64,000 nucleotides of DNA, taken from the NCBI GenBank assembly GCA_963667175.2, contig CAXXXF010000018.1, positions 128,001 to 192,000 on the forward strand, given 5' to 3'. Below the pieces are notes generated by a model, which did no database searches, had not been told where the DNA came from, and was given only the letters and a program-made list of their open reading frames with translations. The translations under genes and the position numbers were made by a program. Shown one piece after another: positions 47,414 to 57,700 of the stretch (within the stretch, counting starts at the first letter, position 1; the number at the start of each line of letters is the position of its first letter). The DNA comes from Candidatus Latescibacterota bacterium (GTDB lineage Bacteria; Latescibacterota; UBA2968; GCA-2709665).

Positions 47414-47595
47414 AAAAGCGGGGAAACGGGAGAGGATGTGATTGCCCGGTGCGGCTTCATTTCGTGCCGGAGGCTTTAAGGAAGAGCATATCGGGCAAGG
47501 ACATTATCTACCGTCTCACGCCTGCCGTCTCCCCCCGATAGGCGACCCAGCCGCTTAACAGCCGGCGCAAGGATTATCCATGCAAAGGAGAAACA

Positions 47596-48759
47596 ATGGT
47601 TCTTCGCGGGAAGATCGTGGGAACGGAACATCCGGCCTCGCTAACCATTGAAGGCGGTCGAATCGAGAGCATCGATTCAGTCGGCGCGGGGGAGTCCGGA
47701 GGCGACGACGTCTGGATTTCGCCGGGAATTTTCGACGTGCAGGTCAACGGCGCCGGTGGGATCAACTTCAGTTCGGGCGACCTGACGGTGGAAAGGGTGC
47801 TGGAGGCCTGTAAGTGGCCGTACCGGGCAGGCACCGCGTTATTCTGTCCGACGGTAACGACCTCCCCCGTTGAGCAGGCGATTGCGGCGCTGAGGACGCT
47901 GGCACGGACGTGCGAGCAGTCGGATACCGCGAGTGCGTCGTTCGTGGGGTTCCACGTGGAGGGGCCGTACATCGCCTCCGAAGACGGTCCGCGGGGTGCG
48001 CATCCCCTGGAGCATACGCGCGATCCGGACTGGGACGAGTTCCGCCGTTACCAGGACGCCGCGGGGGGCCGGATCCGAATTCTGACTCTGGCGCCCGAGC
48101 GTGAGGGATCCCTGGACTTTATCGAGAAAGCCGCGGACGCCGGCGTCATTGTCGCCCTGGGACATACCGGCGCGAGCAGGGCTCGGATCCGCGAGGCGAT
48201 TGCGGCGGGAGCATGCATGTCCACGCACCTGGGCAACGGAGCGCACGCGGAGATTCCCCGCCACGACAACTATATCTGGGAGCAGCTTGCTGCAGACGAA
48301 CTCTGGGCGGGGATCATCCCGGACGGGCGCCATCTGCCGCCGCCGGTGCTGAAGAGCTTCTACAGGACCAAGCAGAAAGAGCGCATCTGCCTGGTGAGCG
48401 ACGTGTCGTCCATCGCCGGGCTGCCGCCGGGCGTCTACGGGCGGAGTTACGGGACGGACGAGGTGGAAATTCACGAGAACGGGAAGATTTCCCTGGCGGG
48501 TACGCCGTACCTGGCGGGTGCGTCCCTGTTTCTGGATCACGGGATTCCCAATACGATCGCTCATACCGACGCGACGCTGGCCGATGCGGTGGAGATGGCA
48601 ACCATCAACCCGGCGCGGCTGCTGGGCGTGGACGACCGGCTGGGACGCGTAAGGCCCGGAATGGAGGCCAGCCTCACGCTGTTCCGCCGAACAGAGGGAC
48701 AGCGCGCGCTCTCCATCGTCGCGACCATCGTCCGGGGCGAGGTCGTCTTCAAAGCGTAG
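47596..48759 (+). CDS. nagA: N-acetylglucosamine-6-phosphate deacetylase family amidohydrolase
   Basis: PGIFDVQVNG, HVEGPYI, RGAH, TLAPE, LGHT, THLGNG, DGRH, VSD, LAGA, ATINPA. Confidence 0.85.
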   Translation: MVLRGKIVGTEHPASLTIEGGRIESIDSVGAGESGGDDVWISPGIFDVQVNGAGGINFSSGDLTVERVLEACKWPYRAGTALFCPTVTTSPVEQAIAALRTLARTCEQSDTASASFVGFHVEGPYIASEDGPRGAHPLEHTRDPDWDEFRRYQDAAGGRIRILTLAPEREGSLDFIEKAADAGVIVALGHTGASRARIREAIAAGACMSTHLGNGAHAEIPRHDNYIWEQLAADELWAGIIPDGRHLPPPVLKSFYRTKQKERICLVSDVSSIAGLPPGVYGRSYGTDEVEIHENGKISLAGTPYLAGASLFLDHGIPNTIAHTDATLADAVEMATINPARLLGVDDRLGRVRPGMEASLTLFRRTEGQRALSIVATIVRGEVVFKA

Positions 48760-48805
48760 TCGTCCGGCGCTGTGTGTTTTTGTTGTAGATCAAGAGGTCC
48801 GGGCT

Positions 48806-50968
48806 ATGGAACGGCTCCAGGGCATTGTGGATCGGATCACGTTTCAGAATGAAGAGAGCGGCTACACGGTGGCCAGGTTCCAACCCGACGGTGCGCGGGA
48901 GCCCGTGACCGTGGTGGGCAATACACTTTCGCTGACCGCGGGAGAGTGTGTGGCCCTGAAAGGTGAGTGGACGACCCACGCCCGGTTCGGCCGTCAGTTC
49001 AAGATCGAATCCTACGAAAAGGTACGGCCGTCCACGATCGAGGGGTTGCGAAAGTACCTGGGCTCGGGCCTGATCAAGGGAATCGGGCCGGTGATGGCCG
49101 GACGAGTCGTGGATCATTTCGGCGGGAAGACGCTGGAGGTGATCGAGAAGGCCTCGAAACGGCTCGTCGAGGTGGAGGGTCTGGGCAGAAAACGTGCCAA
49201 GTTGATAAAGGACGCCTGGCAGGAACAGCGCGAAATCCACAATGTGATGTTGTTTCTTCAGTCGCACGACGTCGGCGCCGGTCATGCCGTAAAAATCTGG
49301 AAACGATACGGCCAGGACGCAATCTCACTGATACAGGAGAATCCGTACCGGTTGTCTTCCGACGTCTGGGGGATCGGGTTCACGAGTGCCGACCGGATCG
49401 CACAGAAGCTGGGCGTTGAACTCCACTCCGAGCAGCGAATCATGGCAGGCATCCGATACGTGCTGAACAGAGCCTCGGAGACGGACGGCCACGTCTACCT
49501 GCCGAATGAGGAACTGTCGACAGTCTGTGCGGAGACACTGGACGTATCGCCGGACCTGATCGCCCCGTGCATCGACGTGCTCAAGCAGAACGAGGAGGTG
49601 GTTGTCGAAGAGAAACGGATCTACAATCCACCGCTCTACTTTGCCGAAAAGGGTGTCGCGACGCGCGTGCGACAGTTTTCCAGCATCGGAAGGATTGAGA
49701 CAGGCGACATCCACCGGGAGATCGCGGCGATCGAGAAGCGGGACGGCGTCCGGTTCGCGGCACGCCAGAAGGTCGCCCTGCAGAAGGCCCTTTCCCACAG
49801 TCTGCTGGTGCTTACGGGCGGACCGGGCACCGGCAAGACCACCACCATCAGGGGACTCATCGCCCTGTTCGAAGCCAGAGACAAGAAAGTGGCGCTCTCG
49901 GCGCCGACGGGCAGGGCGGCAAAACGGATGTCCGAAGCGACGGGACGGGACGCGAGAACCATCCACAGGCTGCTGAAGTTCAGCCCGGGCGAGAACAAAT
50001 TCGAGATGAAGTTCGAGAATCAGCTGACGGTGGACGCCGTGATCGTCGACGAGGTCTCGATGATGGACGTGAGATTGATGAACAGCCTGCTGCAGGCGGT
50101 ACCGTTGAGTGCTTCAGTGGTTCTCGTCGGCGACGTGGACCAGTTGCCTTCGGTGGGGCCGGGGAATATCCTGAAGGATATCATCGGCTCCGGAAAGGCG
50201 GAAACGGTGGCGCTGAACGAGATTTTCCGGCAAGCGCGTGAGAGCCGCATCGTGATGAATGCGCACAGCATCCTTGCCGGTGAACTGCCCGAGGTCGACA
50301 ACCGGAAGGACTCGGATTTCTTCTTTACGGAGGTGGACGTCCCCGAAGAGGTGGTCGAGTCGGTCTGCGGGCTCTGTCAGAACAGGCTGCCGCGCGCGTA
50401 CGGGGTGGACGCGATTGACGACATTCAGGTCCTGGCGCCGATGTACCGGGGTGAAACGGGCGCGATCAATCTGAACCAGGTACTCCAGGAACGGCTCAAT
50501 CCTGGCGGTCAGGAACTCCTTCGCGGCGGCGTCCGGTTCCGGGTGGGAGACAAGGTGATGCAGGTGCGGAACAACTACGACAAGGATGTGTTCAACGGGG
50601 ATATCGGGCGTGTTTCGGTGATCGACACCACGAACCATGCCCTGGCGGTGAGGTATCCGGAGCGGACCGTGGGCTACGAGTTTACCGAACTGGATGAGAT
50701 CGTGCTGGCCTACGCCACCAGCGTGCACAAGAGCCAGGGGTCCGAGTATCCTGTCGTCGTGTTGCCGTTGACCACCCAGCACTATATGATGCTTCAGCGG
50801 AACCTTCTGTACACGGCCGTCACCAGAGCACGGGAACTGGTTGTCATCGTCGGCACGCGGAAAGCCCTGGCCATCGCCATCAAGAACAACCAGGTGGCCG
50901 ACCGGTACACGTCGCTGCCCCAACGCATCCGGGCGTGTCAGGGCGACGAATCAACGTCCGGAAAATAA
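48806..50968 (+). CDS. recD2: ATP-dependent RecD-like helicase
   Basis: IKGIGP HhH, ENPYRL, TGGPGTGKTT, APTGRAAKR, VDEVSM, GDVDQLPSVG, LAYATSVHKSQGSEY. Confidence 0.95.
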   Translation: MERLQGIVDRITFQNEESGYTVARFQPDGAREPVTVVGNTLSLTAGECVALKGEWTTHARFGRQFKIESYEKVRPSTIEGLRKYLGSGLIKGIGPVMAGRVVDHFGGKTLEVIEKASKRLVEVEGLGRKRAKLIKDAWQEQREIHNVMLFLQSHDVGAGHAVKIWKRYGQDAISLIQENPYRLSSDVWGIGFTSADRIAQKLGVELHSEQRIMAGIRYVLNRASETDGHVYLPNEELSTVCAETLDVSPDLIAPCIDVLKQNEEVVVEEKRIYNPPLYFAEKGVATRVRQFSSIGRIETGDIHREIAAIEKRDGVRFAARQKVALQKALSHSLLVLTGGPGTGKTTTIRGLIALFEARDKKVALSAPTGRAAKRMSEATGRDARTIHRLLKFSPGENKFEMKFENQLTVDAVIVDEVSMMDVRLMNSLLQAVPLSASVVLVGDVDQLPSVGPGNILKDIIGSGKAETVALNEIFRQARESRIVMNAHSILAGELPEVDNRKDSDFFFTEVDVPEEVVESVCGLCQNRLPRAYGVDAIDDIQVLAPMYRGETGAINLNQVLQERLNPGGQELLRGGVRFRVGDKVMQVRNNYDKDVFNGDIGRVSVIDTTNHALAVRYPERTVGYEFTELDEIVLAYATSVHKSQGSEYPVVVLPLTTQHYMMLQRNLLYTAVTRARELVVIVGTRKALAIAIKNNQVADRYTSLPQRIRACQGDESTSGK

Positions 50969-51079
50969 CGACGGCTTGATGCGCGTCAAGTCCAATGACT
51001 TCCCACTCCAGGTTTTCGCGCCGCCGTAATGGGGAGGGGTCTACGGCTTAACCATTTTCCTCCTCCCGACCGGTACCGG

Positions 51080-52828
51080 TCAGATATCGACCCGGACCTC
51101 GCCATTGAACGCACCGACCGATTCCCACCGCTGGACCACGCCGTTTCCGTCGTTTTCGAACACGGCGAGTTCCAGGTCCACGCTGGCTTTTCCGTCCAGG
51201 CTGAGGGTAACCGCCCTGCCGTCTGGCGTGGTCGCGGCCGCGATCCAGGACTCGTCCCGGGCGCGGGTGTACTCCGCGGCCTGGTCGTGGCCCACCCCCC
51301 GGACGTCGAATCTTTCCGTACGCTGGGACACCAGCGACAGCCACCGGTCGATCTCTTCCAGCGACAGCACGCCGAACTTCTGCTCGTGAGTCGTGATCTC
51401 CGAGAAAAACCCGCTGTCCAGCGCCAGGCGGACCGAGCCGGCCGCCCGGTCGGCCGCCCTGTCCACGTCGTTGGTCGAATTGTCGCCGGCCCAGGTCGTA
51501 CAGCCCGTCAACACGTCGGGCTCCACGAGGTGGCGGGGCAGCATGGCGCCGATGTTGTACATCTCCGGATCTTCGGGGATATAGTCGTAGAACAGGCTGT
51601 TGAGGCCGTAGGGCCACCAGTTGGGGAACAGCCGCTCCCACTTCACCTGTCCCAGGTGATACGTGGAATAGACGAACGTCCTCCCCCGCGCCTTCAGCCA
51701 GGGCAGGACGCGCACGCCCACTTCGCCCCAGTGAAACGCGGCCCGGCGCGGTGGCCTCAGTCCGCGTTCGTCGTACCACCGGTCCACGCGCTCGAAGATC
51801 GCCTTCAACTCCCCGTCGCTGTACTCTCCGATCCCGAAATCGAAGGGAATCAGCTTGTAATAGTCGAAGGCATGCGCGTCCCAGTCCACCTGCCCCGCCC
51901 GGTAACGTTCACGCATATACGGTGCCAGTTCATTCGGTACGAGGTCCAGAAAGCAGGAAATCATCGGCCGGTAGCCGTGCCGGTTCATCACATCGGTATA
52001 GTGGAAGTCGTGGCGGCCCCTGCCGTCGTCCACCCGGATGGTCACGTAGGGCGGCATCAACTGCGCGACAAACGGCTTGCGCGCCGCCCAGACGATCGCG
52101 CGCCAGAAGAAGGCGTCGAGCCCCATCGCGTGGCCCTGAAACTCCCCGTGCCAGATGCGTGGAGAACAGGCGAACTGCACCGCGCGTCCGCTGCCGCATT
52201 CCCCGGCCAGCACGGCCGGAAACTGGTCCGGCTCGTAGGCCGTGCCCGGCACGTTGTGGCGGGAGAGAATGAGCTGATCCTTGCCCATGGCAACCTGCGC
52301 CAGTTCCACGACGTGCCGCCCCACCCTCTTGATCTGTGCTACGGTAACGGGCCGCTTCAGCCGGACCATACTGCCCGCCTGCTGCGTCCAGTTGATGAAA
52401 TGGTCGTTGTCCCCGATGCGGAGCAGGTCGGAGGCCATCGGGATCCGGTCGACCTCCAGCCCGAAGAGTCGCAGCAGGGGCGGCTTGTAGAGCCTCAGCT
52501 CGCCGTCGAAATTAACCAGGCCCAGACCGGCTTCCTCGACGCCCGAGGCGAGCAGTTCCGTATCTGCCAGCGAGAGGGCATCGCCCATGCGGGCCTGGGC
52601 GATAATCGCAGCGGCGCAGTTCTCCAGCAGGTCCGGAGTCAGCGGCCCCGCCGCCAGGTCGTGAATCCTGAACGGAAATCCGAAGTGCTGAAGCGCCACC
52701 AGCACGGTCTGGTCCACGATGCTCGTATCCGTATAACTGCCCCGGCTGTCCACCAGAGCGAGCAGTGCCCTGTTCCCGCCGCTCTCGCGCCGGGGGCGCT
52801 GCGCCATCTGTCGCGGTGAGAATCCCAT
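51080..52828 (-). CDS. Hypothetical protein, possibly GATase-like N-domain plus deacetylase-like barrel
   Basis: 582-aa ORF with natural composition and AAGGGA RBS; VTIRVDDG and AHAF/THEQ motifs only weakly suggestive. Confidence 0.6.
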   Translation of the reverse strand: MGFSPRQMAQRPRRESGGNRALLALVDSRGSYTDTSIVDQTVLVALQHFGFPFRIHDLAAGPLTPDLLENCAAAIIAQARMGDALSLADTELLASGVEEAGLGLVNFDGELRLYKPPLLRLFGLEVDRIPMASDLLRIGDNDHFINWTQQAGSMVRLKRPVTVAQIKRVGRHVVELAQVAMGKDQLILSRHNVPGTAYEPDQFPAVLAGECGSGRAVQFACSPRIWHGEFQGHAMGLDAFFWRAIVWAARKPFVAQLMPPYVTIRVDDGRGRHDFHYTDVMNRHGYRPMISCFLDLVPNELAPYMRERYRAGQVDWDAHAFDYYKLIPFDFGIGEYSDGELKAIFERVDRWYDERGLRPPRRAAFHWGEVGVRVLPWLKARGRTFVYSTYHLGQVKWERLFPNWWPYGLNSLFYDYIPEDPEMYNIGAMLPRHLVEPDVLTGCTTWAGDNSTNDVDRAADRAAGSVRLALDSGFFSEITTHEQKFGVLSLEEIDRWLSLVSQRTERFDVRGVGHDQAAEYTRARDESWIAAATTPDGRAVTLSLDGKASVDLELAVFENDGNGVVQRWESVGAFNGEVRVDI

Positions 52829-53146
52829 CGGTTGTCCCTTACCTGAGAGTCAGGAACCACGCGCGGTGGTCGCGTTTCGCGGATGATTCATTGACGCAGA
52901 TTGGCGGATTGCCATAGACGTCCAATGTGGGTGTCGCGCTTCCGGAATCTTTCCAGGTGAGATTTTCTTGGCGAAAGCGTGCGTCGGGGAACCTGACTGT
53001 CTGCGGGTCCCGCGCATCGGTGCAATAGCCAACACAGTCAGAGGGTTGACAGTGTTGTGGTGGCGTCCGGCGAAGTCACGACACCTGTACCGAATTGAAA
53101 GCCGCAGACGTTTGTACTTGAAAAAATGTGCTTGGAGCTACCGCTG

Positions 53147-53347
53147 TCAGATCGACTCGAACTGCAGCGAAGAAAGATCCGGAGCGGATGAGCGTTTCGA
53201 CAGTTGGAGCATCTCCACGCCTACCACTTCGTTGGACGCGTTGTAGTCGAGTACAACTCCCGGGGAAACCTCCTCGGACTCGATTATTGGAGAATCGTCG
53301 AGGCGCAGGTACAGGGCGTCGGCATCCTTGTCTACGTTCAGTTTCAT
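53147..53347 (-). CDS. DUF2283-family antitoxin-like protein
   Basis: MKLNVDKDADALYLRL...ESEEVSPGVVLDYNASNEVVGVEML. Confidence 0.88.
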   Translation of the reverse strand: MKLNVDKDADALYLRLDDSPIIESEEVSPGVVLDYNASNEVVGVEMLQLSKRSSAPDLSSLQFESI

Positions 53348-53354
53348 ATTCTTC

Positions 53355-53644
53355 CACACCTGTCCAAAATCGGTTTCAGTCTTGGACAGCATCTGGTTCA
53401 CTTCCGCGAAGCAATCCCTCGACCAAGATTGCCTGAGATTCACAAAGTGCTTATTTCACGGGCTTATTGAGACGGAAACAGCACAATTATGGCCGCTGGA
53501 AACGTCACCTTGTTCTTGGACAGCATTGCGCAGACGATGGCAAACCTGGTTTTCATTATCCGGGTCAAACCCGTCCAAAATCGCCTATTGTAGCCATTTT
53601 TGGAACCTTATCTCTGGGAATCCGACGGTTCTTGGACAGCAGTG
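53355..53644. mobile_element. 290-bp MITE with 9-bp target-site duplication at the toxin/antitoxin junction
   Basis: ATATTCTTC at 53346-53354 and 53645-53653; ends CACACCTGTCCAA and TTGGACAGCAGTG (11/13 inverted); internal ttggacagca repeats. Confidence 0.85.
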
Positions 53645-53894
53645 ATATTCTTCCTCTCATGCTGCGGTCAAAGAATACGCTCACCACTCGCCATGGAACA
53701 GCGCGGGTGTTTGCGGCCACCCGCAGCACACGGTCAGATTGTTCGGGTATGGGGCGAAAGAACCGTTCCACCTCAGGGTCGTCAGGATCGTGCGAGCGCA
53801 AAGAAGGATCTGCCACAGCCAGTTCGACCCATTCGCGAGGGATCATCCGTTCGGCCATTACGTGCCGGGGGTGCCGCGTGTATTCGAGGGTCAT
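53565..53894 (-). CDS. DUF4258-family toxin-like protein with MITE-derived C-terminal extension
   Basis: YTRH...MAERMIPREWV...RVLRV...VVSVFFDRSMRGRI followed by 26 residues encoded by the insertion. Confidence 0.8.
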   Translation of the reverse strand: MTLEYTRHPRHVMAERMIPREWVELAVADPSLRSHDPDDPEVERFFRPIPEQSDRVLRVAANTRAVPWRVVSVFFDRSMRGRISLLSKNRRIPRDKVPKMATIGDFGRV

Positions 53895-54020
53895 GGGTTA
53901 TTCGGCATCCGCAATGGAATTGCCAAACAGTGGTCTCGAGAAGTTGATCCTCTTCACGATCGACAGTGTTATTCAGTTAAGAAAATGCCCCTTATCGATG
54001 ACTTTGGCAAGGGGAAAAGT

Positions 54021-54094
54021 GTGGAGCAGGAAGGATGGCGTGCGACGCGGGCCTGCCTGCTGGCAAGGCGGGCAGACAGGAATGTCCGCTCCAC
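54021..54094. repeat. REP-like hairpin
   Basis: gtggagc...gcctgcctgc-tg-gcaaggcgggc-agacaggaatgtccgctccac. Confidence 0.55.
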
Positions 54095-54096
54095 GT

Positions 54097-54726
54097 TCAC
54101 TCCAGAGCTCGATTGATCTCGGTTTCCGCGATACGCCCCGGCCGGAGGATCTCGGGATTGCCGCGTGAGACGTCGACCAGGGTGGAGGGGCGGAGGTCGG
54201 TGGAAGGGCCGCCGTCCAGGATGAGGTCGACGCCGCGGCCGAGGACGTCGGCGGCTTCGCGGGCGCTCCGGACGGGAGGTCTGCCGGAGCGGTTGGCGCT
54301 GGTGCTGGTGATCGGGCCGCCCGCATGGTGAAGCAAAGCGCCGGCAAGCGGCGCGTCCGACATGCGAAGCGCCAGCGTGGGCGTGGATCCGAGCAGGTGC
54401 TTCGGAAGGTCGGGCGACGCGGGAAACACGAGGGTGAGCGGCCCGGGCCAGAAGGCGTCGATCAGGACTTCCGCCGCCCGTGGAACGTGAGCAACAAGCG
54501 CGTCCAGGTCCTTCCTGTCCCGGACGAGCAGGATCAGCCCCTTCTCCGCCTCCCTGCCCTTGAGGTCGAAGATACGCTCGAACGCGGACCGGTCAAACGG
54601 GTCTGCGCCGAGGCCGTAGACGGTCTCCGTCGGATAGACGACAACGCCGCCCTTCCGGATCCGATCGGCTGTCTGAATGATGCCCGGCTTATCGGCCGTC
54701 AGGATGGGCGCCCGATCCATTTTCAA
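54097..54726 (-). CDS. tsaC: L-threonylcarbamoyladenylate synthase (TsaC/Sua5/YrdC)
   Basis: PTETVYGL, KGR, FWPGPLT, STSANRSG, PSTLVD. Confidence 0.93.
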   Translation of the reverse strand: MKMDRAPILTADKPGIIQTADRIRKGGVVVYPTETVYGLGADPFDRSAFERIFDLKGREAEKGLILLVRDRKDLDALVAHVPRAAEVLIDAFWPGPLTLVFPASPDLPKHLLGSTPTLALRMSDAPLAGALLHHAGGPITSTSANRSGRPPVRSAREAADVLGRGVDLILDGGPSTDLRPSTLVDVSRGNPEILRPGRIAETEINRALE

Positions 54727-57700
54727 AACCGGCTTTCCGGACGGAAACGGGTCGACGGCGGGGTTTGTTCAAAGGCGGTGACGAAGGAGATGAAGTCCCC
54801 GAATCCGACCGTTCCGTTGCCGTCGAGATCAAAACGCGCATCGGCGGATCCGTAGGCCTGCGCGAAGAGGATGAAGTCGGCGAAGTCCACCGCGCCGTCG
54901 TCGTTGAAGTCGGCCGCGCCGTCCGGAGAGGGCGGCGGTGGTGGTGGCGGCGGGACGGGCGGGGGCTCGCGCTGGTAGTCAGAAGGGTAGGTTACGGTGA
55001 GTTGCAGGATGCTATTGTTGTTCGTGTCGGCAATGTAGACCCCGCCGTCGGGACCGGTGGCAATGCCCGACGGTGAATTCATCGACGTTTCGGTACCGGC
55101 GCCTTCGTCCTGGTTGAATCCCGGGAACCCCGTGCCCGCCACGGTTTGTATGATGCCCAGGTTCAGGTCGAGCACCCGTATGCGGTGGTTGCCGGTGTCC
55201 GCGATATAGAGGTATCCGTTGTTGTCCACGGCCACGTCTACGGGGCCGTTAAGGATTGCCGTGGACCCCGGCCCCCCGTCGCCCGAAAACCCGGCCTCTC
55301 CGGTTCCGGCCACCGTGGAGATGACGCCCTCGGCGTCCACCATCCGGATCCGATGGTTTCCGGTATCTGCGATGTACAGGCGGCCCCGGCTGTCGACGGC
55401 AACACCCTCGGGTCCGTTCAGCGCGGCCATTGTGGCCTGGCCTCCGTCACCGGCGTAACCCTCCTGAAAGCTGCCGGCAACGGTGGTGATGATGCCGCCG
55501 GCGTCCACCTTTCGGACCCTGTGATTGAAGCGCTCCGCGATCCAGACGTTACCCGACGGGTCTGACGCCACGCCCACGGGGCCGGACAGATTCGCATCCA
55601 CCGCCGCGCGTCCGTCGCCGCCGTAACCGGGGATGTCCCTGCCTGCGAAGGCGACGATATTCTCGCTCGAAAGGTCAATCCGGCGCACGATATGACCGCT
55701 CACTTCTCCGACGATCAGATCCCGTCCGGGCGTGAGCGCGAGGCCCCGGGGATCACCGAGACTGGCCTCGATGGCCGGCCCTCCGGCGCCGATGGAAATC
55801 CCGATTCCGTCTCCGGCAATGGTGTGAATCGTTCCGTCCGGGCCGACCCTCCGTACCCGGTTATTTCCCGAGTCGGCAATGTAAAGGGCGCCCGCTGCCG
55901 TGGCCGCGACGCCTCGCGGGCCGTTCAGAAACGCCAGGACGGCGGGACCGCCGTCACCCCCGAAACTGCTCTGGCTTCCGCCTGTACCGGCAAGCGTACG
56001 TATTGGCGTATGGTCCGGTCCAATGGGCGGCAGCAGTGTGATTCGGATCTCTCCTGGCGGTAGGCCCCCAAACCGCGCGGATGCGAAGACGTCGCCCGGC
56101 GTCGCCCCGGCCTGAAAGAGGACGGACGCGAGTCCGTCGCGCACCAGTGCCGTATCGCCGGGCACGAAGGCGCCGTCGCCGGACGAGACGTTGAAGACAA
56201 GGTGGCGGTTGTTGACGAGCGCGACTTCGTTCCTGGCGTCCAGGATGCGGGCGCGGATTCGGGTCTGCGCCTCGCCGTTGGCGGCCAGCGCCGGCGCAGC
56301 GGCATCCAGCGCAACGCGCACCGGAGGCGGCGGCGCCGTCTCGGTCAGCTCCAGGACGGTATTTGCGGGGATGTTCCTGAGCCGCTGTGCGATTCCCGAC
56401 GGCCATCTGATGGTCAGCGTATCGACACGGTCGGCGTCGCCCAATCCGAAGGCTGCGGTCAGGGCGTCCTGCGACAGGTACGACCCGCCGCCCGAAATTT
56501 CGCGGATCGCCGGTGTGCCGTCGAAGACGATTTCCACCCGTGTGCCGATGGCGTCCGGACTGCTCCGCGTGGCGCGCGGACGAACGGCCAGCCAGTTTCC
56601 ATTGAATTCCTGGTTCCGGTAGAGACGGTCGGCGCCGTCCTGCACGGCCACGAAAATATCCGGCCCGCCGTCGCCGTCGAAGTCCGCCAGGGCCACACCC
56701 CGGCTGTTGGCGCCCACGGCAACGCGGAAGGAGTCGGCCACGTCGTTGAAGGTCCCGCCATCGTTCAGGTAAAGGTTGTTTTTCTCGCCGGCGTTGGAGA
56801 CGTAAAGATCCTGGTCGCCGTCGTTATCGAAATCGCCCCATACGGCGCCCCTGCTGTCCACGGTGTCCGGGCCCGCCACGTTGAAGCGGCTGCTGGCTTC
56901 CTCAAACCGACCGTCGGTATTGACGTAGAGGCGGTTTCCTTCACCGAAGTAGGTCACGAAGAGGTCCATGTCCCCGTCGTTGTCGAAATCGCCCCAACTT
57001 GCGCCGAAACTGGGGCCTCCCAGACCCAGTTCCTCCAGGCCCGCATCCGACGCCGCATCCACAAAGGTACCGCCGTCGTTCCGGAAGAGTCGATTCGGCC
57101 CGCTGTTGGCGAGAAAGAGGTCCGCGTCTCCATCGTCGTCGTAATCCGCCCACGCGGGCTGCAGGCTGCTGTTGGCGTCATCCAGACCGGTCTCTGCCGC
57201 GGCTTCCACGAAGCGGTCTCCCTCGTTGCGATAGAAGCGGTTTTCGCCGAAATTGGCCACGTACAGGTCGGGGTCGCCGTCTCCCTCTACGTCGGCCCAC
57301 GCCGCGCCGTACCCGTCTCCACCGTCATCCACGCCAACCTGTGCGGCGATTTCGGTGAAGCCGCCGCCGTCGTTGCGGTACAGCCGGTTGGGTTGGCCGA
57401 AGTTGGTCACGTAAAGGTCCAGGTCGCCATCGCGGTCGAAATCCGCCCAGGCTGCCGCGCTGCCGTCGCCGTCATCCGCCACGCCCGCCCTCCGGGCAAG
57501 CTCCGCAAAGCCGCCGCCGTCGTTCCGGTAGAGAAGATTGGGCTGCAGGCTGCGCGCCACGTAGAGGTCGGGATCGCCGTCGCCGTCGTAATCCGCCCAC
57601 GCGGCGCCGAAGCTGGCGCCCTGGTCCGACACGCCGCGGTCGCCCGCCACGTCGATGAATCCGCCGGGCCTGGATTCCCTTCCGAAGCCCTCGAGGGGGA

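Noticed and set aside
48806-50968. RecD2 as part of a defence or mobile system
   Set aside because: Ordinary stand-alone recD2 with no nuclease or integrase neighbours
54931-54965. Microsatellite or phase-variation tract
   Set aside because: Encodes an in-frame poly-proline linker with mixed codons
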